In this document: positions 26,332-39,900 of the stretch, piece after piece
How the letters are laid out: each line of letters starts with the position of its first letter
How positions within the stretch are numbered: position 1 is the first letter of the stretch
NCBI RefSeq assembly: GCF_024521635.1
Contig: NW_026250423.1
Location: 558,001-622,000 of the forward strand
Source: Tricharina praecox
Lineage: Eukaryota
Reading direction: 5' to 3'
Length of the DNA stretch: 64,000 nt
Notes under the pieces: model-generated
The model's database searches: none
What the model saw: the letters and a program-made list of their open reading frames with translations, nothing else
What the model was told of the DNA's origin: nothing
Translations under genes and position numbers: made by a program

Positions 26332-26508
26332 TGGTACCGAATCTTGTTCAAATCATTCAGACTCAATCATAAATAATCACTCTTCGCATGATCAAGTGAT
26401 CCACGATTACCCTCCCATCCGGCGGGCACACCCCACCCCCACCAACCCACGAGAAACCGAGCACCATCAACGCGTTCCCCCCACCACCGCGTCGTCGCCA
26501 CAACAACA

Positions 26509-26879
26509 ATGTCCTCGCCGCCCCCCGCCCTCTCGTCTAACAACAACCTCCTCTCGCCGCTCGAGCAACAGGTGCTCGACGAGTACTCGCGGCTGCTCGA
26601 CAACCTGCACCGGGTACCTACCTTCCTTCACTGATGCCGCCGGTTTCCACTCCGCTGACAAACAGTTCGCAGCTATCGTCCACCACCGCGGCGCTCGCCG
26701 ACACCCCCGCCGCAGAGATAATGGACTCGCTGCGCCTGCTCGAGCGGAAGACGGGGCTGGTGTTTACGCTGCTGAAGGCGAGCGTTTACTCCATGGTGCT
26801 GCAGCAGCAGCTGGACACCGAGGGGCAGGGGCAGGGATACGAGGGGGGTGGTGCTGGGGATGAGATGGATATGGATTGA
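26509..26879 (+). CDS. DAD3: DASH complex subunit Dad3
   Basis: 'LSPLEQQVLDEYSRL...LRLLERKTGLVFTLLKASVYS'. Intron 26614-26672. Confidence 0.93.
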
Positions 26880-27172
26880 TCGTGGGGCGGGATGGAATGG
26901 AACGATATGGATTGATTGTATGCGCGGGCTCGGAGCTGGGCGTTTGGGCGTTTTGAGTGTTTTGGTTGATTACCTATTCGGAGAGCGTGGAGAAATGCAA
27001 ATGCACTGCATAAGATATATGCTACTAGTAGATGATATCGTCACAAACACCATGCGATACATAGCAAAAGCAAAGGAACGCACGAAAGAACAAAATCATT
27101 ACGCCGCCCAACAACAACATCTACCCTCCGCCCAACATCTGCCCCTGCCATTCACGTATCTATCCCCCGTTT

Positions 27173-27956
27173 TTACGCAGTGCTACCCTTCAAGAAATTG
27201 GGATCATTCTCGCACTCCTCGCGTACGATGTCGAGACCTCCGAGGAGTTGTCCGTCGAGGTAGAGCTGGGGGAACGTGGGCCAATCGGAGAATGTCTTGA
27301 GGCCCTGGCGGACCTCGTCGTCGGCGAGGATGTTGAAGAAGCCGTATCTGACCTCGCGCTCGCGCAGCAGGGCGACGAGCTGCCTCGAGAAACCGCACTG
27401 TGGTGCAGCCGGAGTTCCCTTCATGAACAGCATTACCGGCGCGGCGGAGACGAGCTTCGTCAGGCGCGTGTTGATGTCTTCTTCTGCTGCGGGCTGTGAT
27501 GTCGTCGACGAGGAGGTGTTGGCGGTTATGGGCTGTGCGGGAGGGAGCGTCACCGCGCCGTCGCTGTGCTTCATCACCGACGAGGTGAGCTTCGACGGGT
27601 CGGCGCCCGAAATCTTCTCCAGGATCGCGCCGGCCTTGATCAGCACGAAGAAGGGAACCGCGGAGACCTCGTACGACTCTGAGATGTCCGGATGCTCTTC
27701 GGCATCAATGCTGATGAACAGGGTTTTGTCGGCTGAGGATTGTTCCGCGAGAGCTTCGAATACCCTGATTCTGTTAGAGAATGGGAGCGGGAGAGAGGGG
27801 GGCGGCGGAATGGCTGTGGGGGCACAACTGGTTCATCTGGGCGCATGGTGCTGCCCATGGTGCGTGAAAGTTCAACGCCACAAGAATGTCGGATGTGGCG
27901 TTGGTGACGAGCTCGTTGAACTGCTCGACCGACTTGATTTCGCGAACTTTCGACAT
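27173..27956 (-). CDS. GRX4: Monothiol glutaredoxin with thioredoxin domain (Grx3/4)
   Basis: Trx domain with WAAPC; Grx domain 'MLFMKGTP..PQCGFS', 'WPTFPQLY', 'GGLDI'. Intron 27765-27828. Confidence 0.95.
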
Positions 27957-28188
27957 TTCGAGTGGTATTGGTGGTAGGAATGAGGGAGGACGGAAGGGAG
28001 GGGGTGAAAGAGACGGGGTGGTTGCTGTGTTGTGTTGCGACTTGTGCTGTGGTGGGGCAGAGTTGGATGGTTATCGGAAGTGGGGTGGTGGGGGCACAGA
28101 GACATCTCGTCATTTTTTTCTTGTACCACCACATCATCACCGAATATCAGCCCGACAAGACTTGATCACAAATCCTCTCCTTCAGAGA

Positions 28189-28559
28189 AAAGGTACAGAA
28201 TGCCCACTGTGGTTCCAAAAAGCTATCCTCTACCATTCACGTTTCAGTGACGGGCTCAATACATTTTAATGACAAGTCACTAGGTATTCTCATAGCGAGT
28301 CAGTAGCTTTTATGCCTCAAGCGTAAATTCCACTCATCTCGTCTGCGCTATTCACAACGCGCGACTGGAAACAAATTGGCCATTCAACAATTGTGAGTAA
28401 ATTCTTAGTAAAATGATTTCAATTAATTACAGTATCCCAGGTTGCATTCTTTTTCCCACGCCAGTCTTTGAGCAGCATTTCTGTGGCCGGTGAGGGTATC
28501 GCGTATCGTGAAGGGTACCGGATAACTTTTTAGCATCACAGTGGGCATTCTGCACCTTT
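28189..28559. mobile_element. Diverged MITE-like element with imperfect inverted repeats of about 55 bp
   Basis: AAAGGTACAGAATGCCCACTGTGGTTCCAAAAAGCTATCC at the left end versus GGATAACTTTTTAGCATCACAGTGGGCATTCTGCACCTTT at the right end; AT-rich interior. Confidence 0.6.
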
Positions 28560-28680
28560 GCTCAAATTCTTCACCTTTACGATAGTGAAGGAATTTACTT
28601 TTTCTCAACAAACTAAACAGAGCAAACACCAGGATTCAACCGAAGCAAAAAGCAGACACCAAACAAGTAAATTACCCCGT

Positions 28681-29638
28681 CTAACGGTACCGGTGCAACT
28701 GCAGAGTGTTGTGTCTCTTCCAGGTCTTGCGCCGCCCAGCAGTGGTCTTGTTGTACCTGTGTCCCTTGCCCAACCCGCGGTTCCTCTTACCCGTGGCAGT
28801 CAATCCCCTAAGCTCACGGTGTTTGTGGACCGGCTTGACTATCCAGTTGATTCTGGCGTCGCGGCGGATCGCTTTGTGCTGTGGGTCGACAAGGATCACC
28901 TCAAAATATTTGTATGTAGCATCTTGGTTGATCCAGTAGGAGTCTGTTTCTCGTCAGTTGCCGGCATGGTGGATGCTGATGGCTGGGGGGACTCACTCAG
29001 CACTCGCAAGTTCGCACAGCGTCTGCCGACACGCTCCTCGGCCACGGAGCGGAGAGACCTCTGGAACTTGAGTTGGTTCACACTGTGTGTACACTTGTCA
29101 GCATCTCAATTCACAATTGTACTGTTTCTCCTTTGGCCGCCGAGGTTTGCCTGTACAACACAACACATTAGCATCAAAGCATACCAGAGGGTACGAGTAG
29201 AACAAACATTGGAGCCCGGCGTCCGGAACATGTAACACAGTGGTCCCGGACAGCTGAGAGCTCCAAACCTCTCATCTTAATGAGTCAACGAGGAAGAGGA
29301 GATCAGCACTAACCCCTGGTTCGTGGGTTTTCCATAAGTGGCACCTTTCTATTGCAGGAGTCAGGCATCACCCTCAAGACATCAAACAAAACACTGGATA
29401 TGAATCATACTAGCACGGGCTTCTTGCGGTTACCGCGACGCACACGGATACGGTAGATGACATAGCCCTGCTTCGCCTTGTAGCCGAGACGGTGAGCCTT
29501 GTCGGGGCGGGAAGGCCGCGATGCACGGTGAATGACGTTGAGCTGGCGGTATTCCCAGCAGCGTACGCGGAGGAGGAAGCGCAGAATGTCGGACTGCTTC
29601 TTCTTCGCGATCTCTTCGACATATTTGAGGGCACCCAT
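28681..29638 (-). CDS. RPL15: 60S ribosomal protein L15 (eL15)
   Basis: MGALKYVEE...[11 protein letters not shown]...; [17 protein letters not shown]; ...[10 protein letters not shown]. Four exons; intron 2 (29083-29313) is 231 nt. Confidence 0.97.
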
Positions 29639-29977
29639 TGTGTGTACTGTAGTTTGGAGTTACTGGGTCGATTGAGTGGTTGAGTGGTGGAATTGACTGG
29701 AAAGTGATGATGATGGAGAGCGGGGAGCGGGGAGAGTCGAATTCTAGAGCTCGCTTTAAACATCTTCGGCTTGGCTGGGAGCACAATCCATGCCGTAAAT
29801 AGAATAGCCTCCCTCCTTCCTCTATGTATCTACTCTAAATCCATCAAACACGTCCCCCAATACCGTTGTGCCAAAAAGTTGCTTCATCATCTCAACCCGC
29901 GTTCCACCCTTCACCAACCCCGACCCCACGAAAACCCGCTCGCGTACCTGCCGCACCTCGCGGCTCCTCTCTCTCAA

Positions 29978-32900
29978 ATGGTGCAATTCATCAAACCTCG
30001 ATGGCTGACACATTCTTGTATGTTTCACGTGATTGCGCACCGCGCGTGTCGGGATGAACGCGAGAAGAAAGAAGTTCTGTAGAATGGGTTGAACTGACTC
30101 GACCCTATGTTCTAGCGCCGGACAAGAAAGCGTGCGAGGTCTATTCATTACACATATCTGCCGACGCGCAGAGATTAGCAACCGGAGGACTAGGTACCAA
30201 TCCTCGGCCCTCCAAACGTAACCGCAAGCTCGGTGATTGACAGACAGCTTTGAACGACAGATGGAACGGTACGCATCTGGTCGATGGAGGCTATCTTCGC
30301 CTCGCAGGGCGAGGAAGATGTCGAAATGCCGAAACAGCTATGCTCGCTGTCGCACCACTCGGGCGCGGTCCTCGCTGTGCGCTTCTCGGGCAACAACCGC
30401 TTCCTAGCTTCTGGCTCGGACGACAAGATCGTGCTGATCTACGAGCACGACAAGACGGCGGGAGCACGGCCGGTGTTTGGGAATGGCGAGTCGCAGACGG
30501 AGGTTTGGAGGACACATCGACGGCTTGCTGGGCATGAAAACGATGTGCAGGATCTGGGGTGGTCTGCGGATTCGTCGATCCTGGTGTCGGTCGGATTGGA
30601 CTCGAAGATCATTGTGTGGTCGGGCAGTACGTTTGAGCGGCTGAAGAGGATCGATGTGCATCAGTCACACGTCAAGGGCATCGCCTTTGATCCGGCGAAT
30701 AAGTACTTTGCGACTGCGAGCGACGATCGGACGGTCAAGGTACATAGGTACGCGTCGCCAGCAAGCAACGCGACAGCGAACGACCAGGCGGGGAACTTCT
30801 CGTTGGCAGTCTCGATTGAAGGGCCATTTCAGGATTCGCCGTTGACCACATACTTCCGGAGATGTTCGTGGTCGCCAGATGGAGCGCACATTGCAGCGTC
30901 CAACGCGGTCAATGGACCCGTGAGCTCGGTGGCTATCATTACACGTGGTAGCTGGGATAGCGAAATCAATCTCATCGGCCACGAAGGACCCGTCGAAGTG
31001 TGTGCATTTGCCCCACGGATGTTCACCAATACCGACCCAGAGACTGATCTACCGCCGACAGGTCCTGTCACAGTGATCGCGTGTGCTGGACAAGACAAGG
31101 CGTTGTCGATTTGGAATACTCTCAACTCAAGGCCCCTGATGATCATCCAGAATATAGCAGTGAAGGCGATCTCGGATCTAGCATGGTGTCCCGACGGCAA
31201 AAGCATGTTCGTTTCGTCTCTGGATGGTTGTATCCTCTGTGTTGCCTTCGATGAAGGCGATCTAGGATGGGTCTTACCCATTGAAGAGAATGAGCGTATC
31301 TTACAAAAGTTCGGTGCTGGAAGAAAGGGTGCCACCCTGCCCGAGGGTCCCGAGAGCTTGAAGCTGGAGGAAATGTCGAAGGCCGGCGAGAGGAGGGAGG
31401 TGGAAAGCAAAATGGGGGCGCTGATGATGGATGGACAGAACGGAGATGTCCCGATGGCTAATACCGGGGCTGCTGTAGGGCCGCAGTGGCAGGCGCAACT
31501 ACTTACTCCCGCAACCGCCGCTCCTGGAGAGCCCGTGGAGAAGGAGAAGCCATACAAACAGAAAGTTACCATCACCAAAGACGGCAAGAAGCGTGTTGCA
31601 CCTTTGCTGGTGTCAACAGGCGGCGGTCACCGTTCGAACCTTCCAAATGCACATCTGTTACAAGCTGCGGCAACCGGCTCGACAGCGAATCTTGACCCCA
31701 AGACGACATTGGATCTATCGCGTCCCTACGATGGTCTCCCTAAGGGTGGTATGGCGGCTCTGATAATCGGTAACAAGAGGAAACTTATAGAGGAGCCCGT
31801 CGATGAAGGGCAGCCACCACCGCCTACTACCAATAGCAAGCGGGTTTCAATAATTCAGCCATCGGACCAAAAGGCGCCAAAAGGGACTCCGGAATTCCTT
31901 AGGCCAGCAGTCGTCTGTCAAGCCCAGGCGGTATCACAAGTGCGCCTGGCTGTGCCCAAAATCAGATACACCGTTAGCCGAGTGATCGATGCGTCAGGCC
32001 ATCCTTCCAACAGCATCCCAGGTGTGACGGCGGCAGCATCAAGCACCAACACCGGCCCGGCACCGACAGACACGATCTTCGAAGCTAAGAACTCTCGAGA
32101 TCCCACGCGTCTGACAATATCGAAGGCCGGACAAATTCTATGGGTTGACTTTCTGCCAAAACCTGTAGTCCTAGTCACCGGCAACTCCAACTTCTGGGTT
32201 GCAGCATGCGAGGACGGCACCATCCACGTCTTTACCCCCGTTGGACGCCGCATGCTCAACGCAATAGTGATCGAAGCCATCCCATGCATCATCGACTGCC
32301 GCGGCTGGTGGCTCAGTTGCGTCTCCGCCGTCGGCGTAGCGCACGTCTGGAACCTCAAAACCGGCAAAGCCGCACACCCGCCTATCTCTCTCGCCCCCAT
32401 CCTCGACGTAGCTAACACCTACCTCAAATCCGACGGCGTCTCGCGCGCCGAAGCCATCCAAGAAGTGACCATCAACTCCAACGGTGTGCTGATCGTCTCT
32501 CTCACCGACGGCGACGGCTACGCCTACAACCGCGATCTCTGCAGCTGGCAAAAACTCAGCGAAAGCTGGTGGGCAGTCGGTAGCCAATACTGGGACACGT
32601 CGGGCTCCGTACGCCCCTCCGCGGCCACCACCGACTCCCTCAACGGCGAGCCGCCCCTCTCGATCGGAATCATCCCACACCTGGAGCGCCGCACAACAAC
32701 CGAAGTCCTCCTGCATCCACGCGGCCGCTTCCTGCAAAGGATCGTAAAGCAATGTCTCAGTCGAGAGGGCTTCGAGGGATTCGAAACCGCTGTGTCAATC
32801 GCCCACCTGGAGAATCGTATGGCCGCCGCCATCATGCTCGGCGCGAAAGATGAGTTCAAGAGCTACCTCATGACTTACGTCCGGAGGATCGCGAGCGAGG

Positions 32901-33198
32901 GGATGAGGGGGAAGGTTGAGGAGCTGCTGAGAGAGCTCATGGGACGGATGGATGTGGAGGAGGGCGAGGAGGATACAGAGGAAGAGGACACAATCTGTGG
33001 ATGCAGTAAGAGGGAGCTGCTGCAGAGTGTGCTCCTGGTTGTTGGTATGTTCTTCACTACGAGCCCCCCGTCACTCGACACTGCTGATACATTTGCACAG
33101 GCAAACACAGGGAACTCCAGCGCATCACGGTGCCGTACGCCAAAACGATTGGGACGCTGGATATGGAAGTTGACGAGGCGGCGGACGCGGAGCTGTAG
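29978..33198 (+). CDS. HIR1: HIR complex subunit Hir1/HIRA (WD40 + B motif + Hira domain)
   Basis: MVQFIKPRWLTHS exon, WD40 repeats, B motif 'QKVTITKDGKKRVAP', 'SIAHLENRM'. Introns near 30018-30115, 30193-30260 and 33045-33100. Real stop is TAG 33198. Confidence 0.95.
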
Positions 33199-34195
33199 GC
33201 GCCATCACCATCACCACTATCTATTACAATAGCTTTGTGTTTCTTACTGTAGACGGCTTTTACTTGTTCTCGGGGCGATCATCTGTTTTCACCTCTTCTG
33301 TCTGTCTGGGATTGCAACGGAGTGCTTTTTTGCTGCTTGTATCTGTGTTTATGTTTTGTTTTGGGGAACATTTTTCTCTTCTGTCTGACTATCAATCCAA
33401 CCCAACCCATCCCATCCCATCTCCAGTTCCCGTCCACCCACCCCAAGTATCCCCCTCCTCCTCCGATCATCAATCCAGATTATCCTACCTACCTTCCATC
33501 GCATACGAACTTCCCAATATCTTTGCATCAATATATACACCCACCATACAAACTTACAAAGTTGCAGTCCCAGTCGCAGTCCAGTCCCAGTTCCAGTCCC
33601 ATCCCAGTCCACCATCCCATCCCCCACCATCCCCCCCCCCAACCACCCCGGCAATCCTGAAACGCCTTACCAGCCCCTTCCCCCACACCCCTGCAAAGTC
33701 GTCGTAAGCTCCCACCCCGGGCCCCCCATGTCCCATGTCCCATGTCCCACCATGTCCCCCCACCACCCACCACCCACCACCCACCAAACAAACAAAACAA
33801 AACAAAAAAAGGGAATTCCAGTCCATTTTTTTTATACTTTCCTTCCCTTCCCTTCCCTTCCCTCCTGAGTAACACCGATAAAAATCACAGACAGAGACAG
33901 AGACAGAGATGAATCAAAAAAAAACCACATTGGAAGAGAAATAAAATCGATAAAAAAAAACCTGCCGTGGGCTTATTTGGTTGGTTTGGTTGGGCCTAGC
34001 TGAGTAGTAGTGGTGCTGAACACACAAACATGTAAAAATAAAAAAAATAAAAAAAAACACCGCCAAAGAATATCGCATGCAAACAGCAGAAGAAAAATGA
34101 AAACCCAGAACAAAGGAAACTCAAAAATCTAAAGAGCGTCCTATCCCTATCAACCCAACCCATACATCCCATCGTGATCTAAAGCGAAGAAGAAA

Positions 34196-35961
34196 CTACT
34201 GGCTACCGCCAACCGACAACCCAATCCGTCGGTACACGCCTTCGGCCTGTTTGAGCATGTGATTGGACTTATTGACAGTAGCACAACGCCTGGGGGCCTC
34301 GGCGACGGCGCGGGGCTCTGGCACATCGGGTGTCTCCATCTCGAAGACGTCCTCTGGCCGAGCCTCGCCGCCAGCAACCATCTCCAGCTTCTCGAGGAAG
34401 TCGTTGACGCCGACGCCGGGGAAGAGGTCGTCGAGGTTCTGCTTCGACTGCTCCTCCTCGAGGTACACATCTTCGAGGTTGTCGGGTGCTTGGTAGTAGC
34501 TGTCCTCGTCCTCGTCCATGCGGTTGTAGTCGATGTCGCCCTTGGTGTCGCGGATGCCCGAGAAGAAGCCGTCCGCGATGGTGTAGTCCTCTTCGACGGC
34601 GCCACAGACGCCCTTTCCGTCCAGATCCTGCAGAACTGCAGGGCCCGAGGGGAGCTCAACGTTGTAAACGTGGGACAGGTTGTTGCTGTTGTTCCACGTG
34701 GTTGCGTAGGCAAGAGGCCATTGCTCTTCGGCCGAGACATTGGGGTTGGCATCACGAGCGGAGTTGTAGAGGGGCTCAGCTACGGCGGCGGGAGCCACAG
34801 TTACGGCGGCGCGGCTGACAGTTGGCTGGTTGATTAGAGGGGCACTGAGATCTTTGAGGAACTCCTGAAAAGCAGAGTGCTTCATCAGCATCTCTGAGAA
34901 GCTCCGTAGTCGGGTGTTCTCCTCTTCGAGACGGCGATGCGCTTCCTTGACAGCTTCTGCCTCCTGGGTCTTCTTTGCCACTTCTGCCTCCAACTGAGAG
35001 ATGTATTCTAGAGACGACGTGTTAGTGAAACCTTGTCTCCAAACATGGACTGGCTAATAGTCATACCTTTTCTCCGACTGCGGAAAGCGCGTGCGGAAAC
35101 CTTATTCCTGAGCTGCCTTCTTTCCTTGCTGCTTAACTTCTTTCCTTCCTCGCTAGCCAGTAACCGTTCATCCTCATCCATATCCTCCTCTTCCTTCTTC
35201 ATGCGCGCAATATGCGGCAGTATGTCACTCGAGTTTTTGCAACCATTTATCGGCGACGACGAGATCCGGAACGAATCCAGAATTGCATCTATCTCACCCT
35301 GTCGCGGGTGCGATGGTGCCTTGGGCATGGCTGTAGCTGCTGCCTTCTGGCGTGCCAACTTTTGCTGTTGCAGACGCATGTTCTCCTGGTACATTTGCTG
35401 ATGATAGCCAGGGTAATACTGCATCCTTTGTGGTTGTTGTGGTTGTTGGGGTTGAGCAACTGCTACGGGCACCGGTGGCGCTTGTTGCTGCTGCTGTTGT
35501 TGCTGCTGAGGATTCATTTCTCCGATCGTCATCATCGGCGAAATTCCCTGCGACAATGAGTCCGCTCCCGATCTCGGCGGTGCCGTCGTTTCGGGGAAGA
35601 AGTACGCCGGCTGCTGCGCAGCCCCTACGTCGGCGTCCAACCGCATGAACTCCGAAGTCGTACTGTCACCAAAAAAGCCTCCATCCTGAACATCGAGTCC
35701 GAGTAGATCGGTCTGTTGTGGGTGCAGGTTGTAGGGGTGACTTGGTGCAGGAAATCCGGACGACGATGGGTGCGCTTGTCTCATCGTAGGTGTGCTTTGT
35801 GCTGACGAGGCGGATGACGACGAAAACGACGATCGGATGTTGCTGTTTGGTGCTAGGAAGCTGTTGTTGTTGTCGAAGTCGAGGAAGGAGTCGATTTCGC
35901 TTGCGAATCTGGTCTCTTCTCCGAAAGAAGGAGACGAGCGGTCTCGTTGTTGTGTTGACAT
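34196..35961 (-). CDS. bZIP transcription factor (LziP-like)
   Basis: 'LLASEEGKKLSSKERRQLRNKVSARAFRSRRK|EYISQLE' across intron 35008-35066; Q-rich N-terminus. Start codon uncertain. Confidence 0.9.
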
Positions 35962-36823
35962 TTCGGGGGCGACGGCCACACTATTGCTGCTGTATTTGAG
36001 TGTTGTTGGAAGCGACTTTCGTTCTCGACGTAAGGTTTAGTGACGTTGATGTAGGTTCGGATAGCTGAGCGAGAGTGGAAGTTTTGGTGGATAGAGTTGA
36101 CTTCAAGGGGGGGGGCGAAGGTCAAGTAACTTGGGAGGCTAGGCGGAGCTGTATGCTGGGCTCTGGTTGAAGGATTGGCTTGGGAGATGACGACTGCTCA
36201 GTGATGCTAAGAATGGATGCTCAGATGGTGTGGGTGAAATTATGTGTGGCCAAGGCTTAGGCAGTGGTCGGTATATACGGTGTGTATGTGTACGGGATCG
36301 TGTGGTGGGAGGAGGAGGAGAGGAGAATGGGTGATGAGCGAGAGTGCGTTGTGGTTCTGAAGATGGAGAGCGGCGGTGGTGGTGGTGGTGGTGGTTGAGG
36401 GATGGATGTGGATGTGGATGCTGTTAGGAAGCAGCAGGGGAGCGAGACGGGGCAGTGCACTCTCGCACACCCTCCACTCCACTCATCCTTCCCACACCAT
36501 CCCTTCAGCATGTCTCGGCATGATGATTCGTACACTTTCCGCGTTGTAGCGCCGAAACAGGAAGTCGGGCGAGGCTGAGTTATGGCAGACCAAGCGAAAG
36601 TGCGCAGGGGACTTGTGAGAGAGAGTACTGAGAATGAACGAATAATAATGAAAGAACTGGTGAACAGGATCCCACCGGCGTAGCCACACTTTCCCACCAT
36701 GGGGATCGATACATCAGACATAAGGCACTGGCGTTGTGGCAGCATTTTGTCCCCTTGCCGGAGCAGAACTTCGGAATCTGTTGCACCGTCCAGGCAGTCC
36801 AGGCAGATGGAGTTTCTGGGTGC

Positions 36824-36905
36824 TATTGATTGCTGCCAGAGTCTATTGACTGCTGCCAGAGTCTATTGACTGCTGCCAGAGTCTATTAACTGCTGCTAGA
36901 GTCTG
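36824..36905. repeat. 20-bp minisatellite (TATTGACTGCTGCCAGAGTC) x4
   Basis: Directly visible, upstream of the bZIP gene. Confidence 0.9.
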
Positions 36906-39900
36906 TTGCAGACGGTTCGGTTGGCCCCGGTGCGGTTTACCTATGTGGGGTATACCTACTAATATGTGCTCCGTGTTAGTTATGGCCGTGGAGGCAGACA
37001 TCTGAAGTCGCAGTACAGCATCGCTGCGAATACCTTTACCATACTCTACACGAATCCTCGACAGGCACATGCACAGCAAGTCGAGCACACGGATAACTAG
37101 CCTGCACCGGTATATGCCGCACGAACTGCCATGCCACCGGCCGGTAGACCGATAATTACTATAGGCAGGCGAAAGGACCATTGTTGTTCCGAGTATGTGA
37201 TATACCTGGGGGCTACTTTACCTACCTACTTTGCGAGTGTTGATGGAAGACCGCAGGATCTCGGTTCTTGTGGGGAGGTAGCATAAAGTTGCCTCGTGCT
37301 TTTCGAAAATGTTCTCACCTTCTTCTCTCTTCCTTCTTTTCACCTTCTCCGCCGGCCACCAGTCCCTCTTGCGTTAGGCGTCCCAAGTCTCCGAAACAAA
37401 ACAGACGCCAAAGCCATCCTGGTCCCCATCGTCTCGGCTCATTCTTCCCAGCGCAAGTGGATCTGCTAGAGCAGACCAACTCTAAGGATCGTGAGTCTCA
37501 AGGAACGAGTCGGGATTCGGCAGGCCTATGTAGACTGTAGTACCAAATGTCGCCAATATATCGATACTCCTTACGTTACGTGATATCTCTTCAAAGCCTT
37601 CTCCATGTCAGTTAAGCAACCCGAAGAAAGTTTCGGGTCCGCCTTATGGGGAGGTTCCTCCAGTCCATAGATAGCTAGTCACGGGTCACTTTTTTTTCCG
37701 GCTCGGAGTATTGTACATAATAAAGTTCGGAATATTACCTGCTGCTCAGGCCACAGTGTTCAATTGGGAAAGTCCGTCAGTGATGTTGTCATGTGTCGCA
37801 TTTTCGGCCTGAAGATGTTCAAGATAACATTGTTCGAATCCTCAGTCTACTACCGGTAGGTATACTAGAGTACATAGAGGACCTCTCCGAAGCTCTCTGG
37901 AATGATGGTCCATTCGATGCTACATACCCCGAGTCCGATTACCCGCAAGTATATACCTACCAAAGAGACGGAGAGCCCAGGCCGCAAATCCTAGCATCCA
38001 CCGACGCCAGTAAAAGCCAGCAAGAGCCAGCAAGATCCACCGAAGCCAGCAAGAAGCTTCTTTCCCGTCAGGTAGATTATCCAGTCCAGGGACCGCAGGG
38101 CGTCAGACCGGAGAAAGCTCTTCGATTGGTGATCGTGCGAGAACTTGTCTAGGTATAGCGAGCACAAAGGCAAGTTGCAAGGAGATACCTGGCAACGAGA
38201 CCCGAATCCGAGACACCGATTGTGGGTATGGACTCTGTATCCGGCGAACTGGGGGAGTAAGCTCGGGGAAGGGGGGAAAGATGTGCTCTCGGGAAAAATG
38301 TCTTCGGAATTCAACTTCAGTCGAAGAGATGCTGTATGTAGGTACTGCGATCGATCATTGCGTCGAATCTTCGGGGATGGGGCCCACGCAAGGGGTTATC
38401 GAAGGGGATTACCTAGTTCAAACTTCAAGCAGAAGTACATATATAGTATATACTCCATACCCCATACCTCATGGGCCATAGTTAGTTTGAACCTCAGTGA
38501 AAAAACTTCCCTCTGCCAGTATTCACTCAGCCCTCAAAGATTGAAGTATTCGCCTTCGCCTACAATCCCTTATTGTGGACTCCAAAGGTAAGTACATATC
38601 CCCACAGTAGTTCCGCACTGACCTTCACGGTGGTAGGCCCGAGATTGAGATATACTACTATATCTACTCCACCCCGAGCAGGCTCCGGTCTCCGAATCCA
38701 CAGGGCCATGGATGATGGCAGGACATGCGGTAGCGGTAACGGCAGCTGCCGTGATATCTGATCCCGCCGGGGCAAATTCCTCTCGAAGGCTGTCGTTACT
38801 AACGAGACACATCTTTTCTGTTCCAGATGCCCCACTGCTCAAGAACCGGCGGAGTTTTGTGCTGACTTTCGACATCAACATAGGAAGTATTTACCTATGT
38901 ACCCAGGGAACCTACCTCAGGCTTCGGAGATAACCACTCGAGTATTTTCTACTACATATACGCTAGGAACGATACACACATACCACCTAGGTCCCTGCCA
39001 GGGGTCCGAATGAATCTGCAGCACTGAGCAGTGCAGCCCCGCCCTAGTTGGAGCAGAGTAGAGTTGATGCGCAGTTGCAAGATTGCCGGTGCTCCCGTTA
39101 GTGGTCACTCTACTCTACTGTTGCTAAAGAAAACTCGGTCTCCGATTCGCCTGGGGGCGAGTCGAGTGGCTATGTAGGTAGAGTACGGTACTCGAGTTCT
39201 CCATGACTTGAAGCCTCCAATCCTTTGAATGCCGCTCTCTCCGTGCCTATCTCCATCCATCATCACGTCCCACCGAGAAAAGAAGAAAAAAGAAAGAAAA
39301 AAGCCACAATGACGCCCTTGGGATTGTTACGTTTCGAGTTTTCTGCCCCGAGAGGGGGGGGGAGAGGGGGGGCCGAAGATCTTCAAAGCTTCCTGGGCCT
39401 GCCTACCTATCACATCCAGTACATCCAGTACGGTACTGTATGTAGAATGCGACTTCCGTTACATATGTACAAGTAGGTAGACCAGCCCTGTCCAGTGTCC
39501 CCCCCCCCCACCCCCTGAAACACCTCCGGTTCCGAGTCCCGCGCGGTCTGGTCTGGTCTACCGTTTGGTGGGCCGTTGCGATCGATGTATCCGCCCTGGT
39601 TGGATAGTTATGTGTGTACATATGTGTGTAGGAGATCTCGCATTCCAACGTACGGATGCCGGGAGCGTTTCATGCTCAGGCTCGGGCTCAGGTACGGCCA
39701 CCCTGGCGATGAAAAAATAATGCGTCGGTATCATTCAAAAACGCACCACATGTAGCGATTTTGACCATGAATTTCTCATTGTTGTCGCGTGGTGACTTCG
39801 TATCTGTGTGGGGTCGGGCTGGTTGACGGACGGCTCTTATAGTAGATACCTAAAACTCGCGATGGTCGAAGACGGCCCGAAGGTAAATTTTAGATTCGGT

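Noticed and set aside
30284..33232. HIR1 as a single 982-aa ORF ending in poly-His
   Set aside because: Read-through of the last intron; the spliced gene spans 29978-33198.
37760..37790. RNase P/MRP P4-like GGGAAAGTCCG
   Set aside because: No matching 3' P4 strand found downstream.
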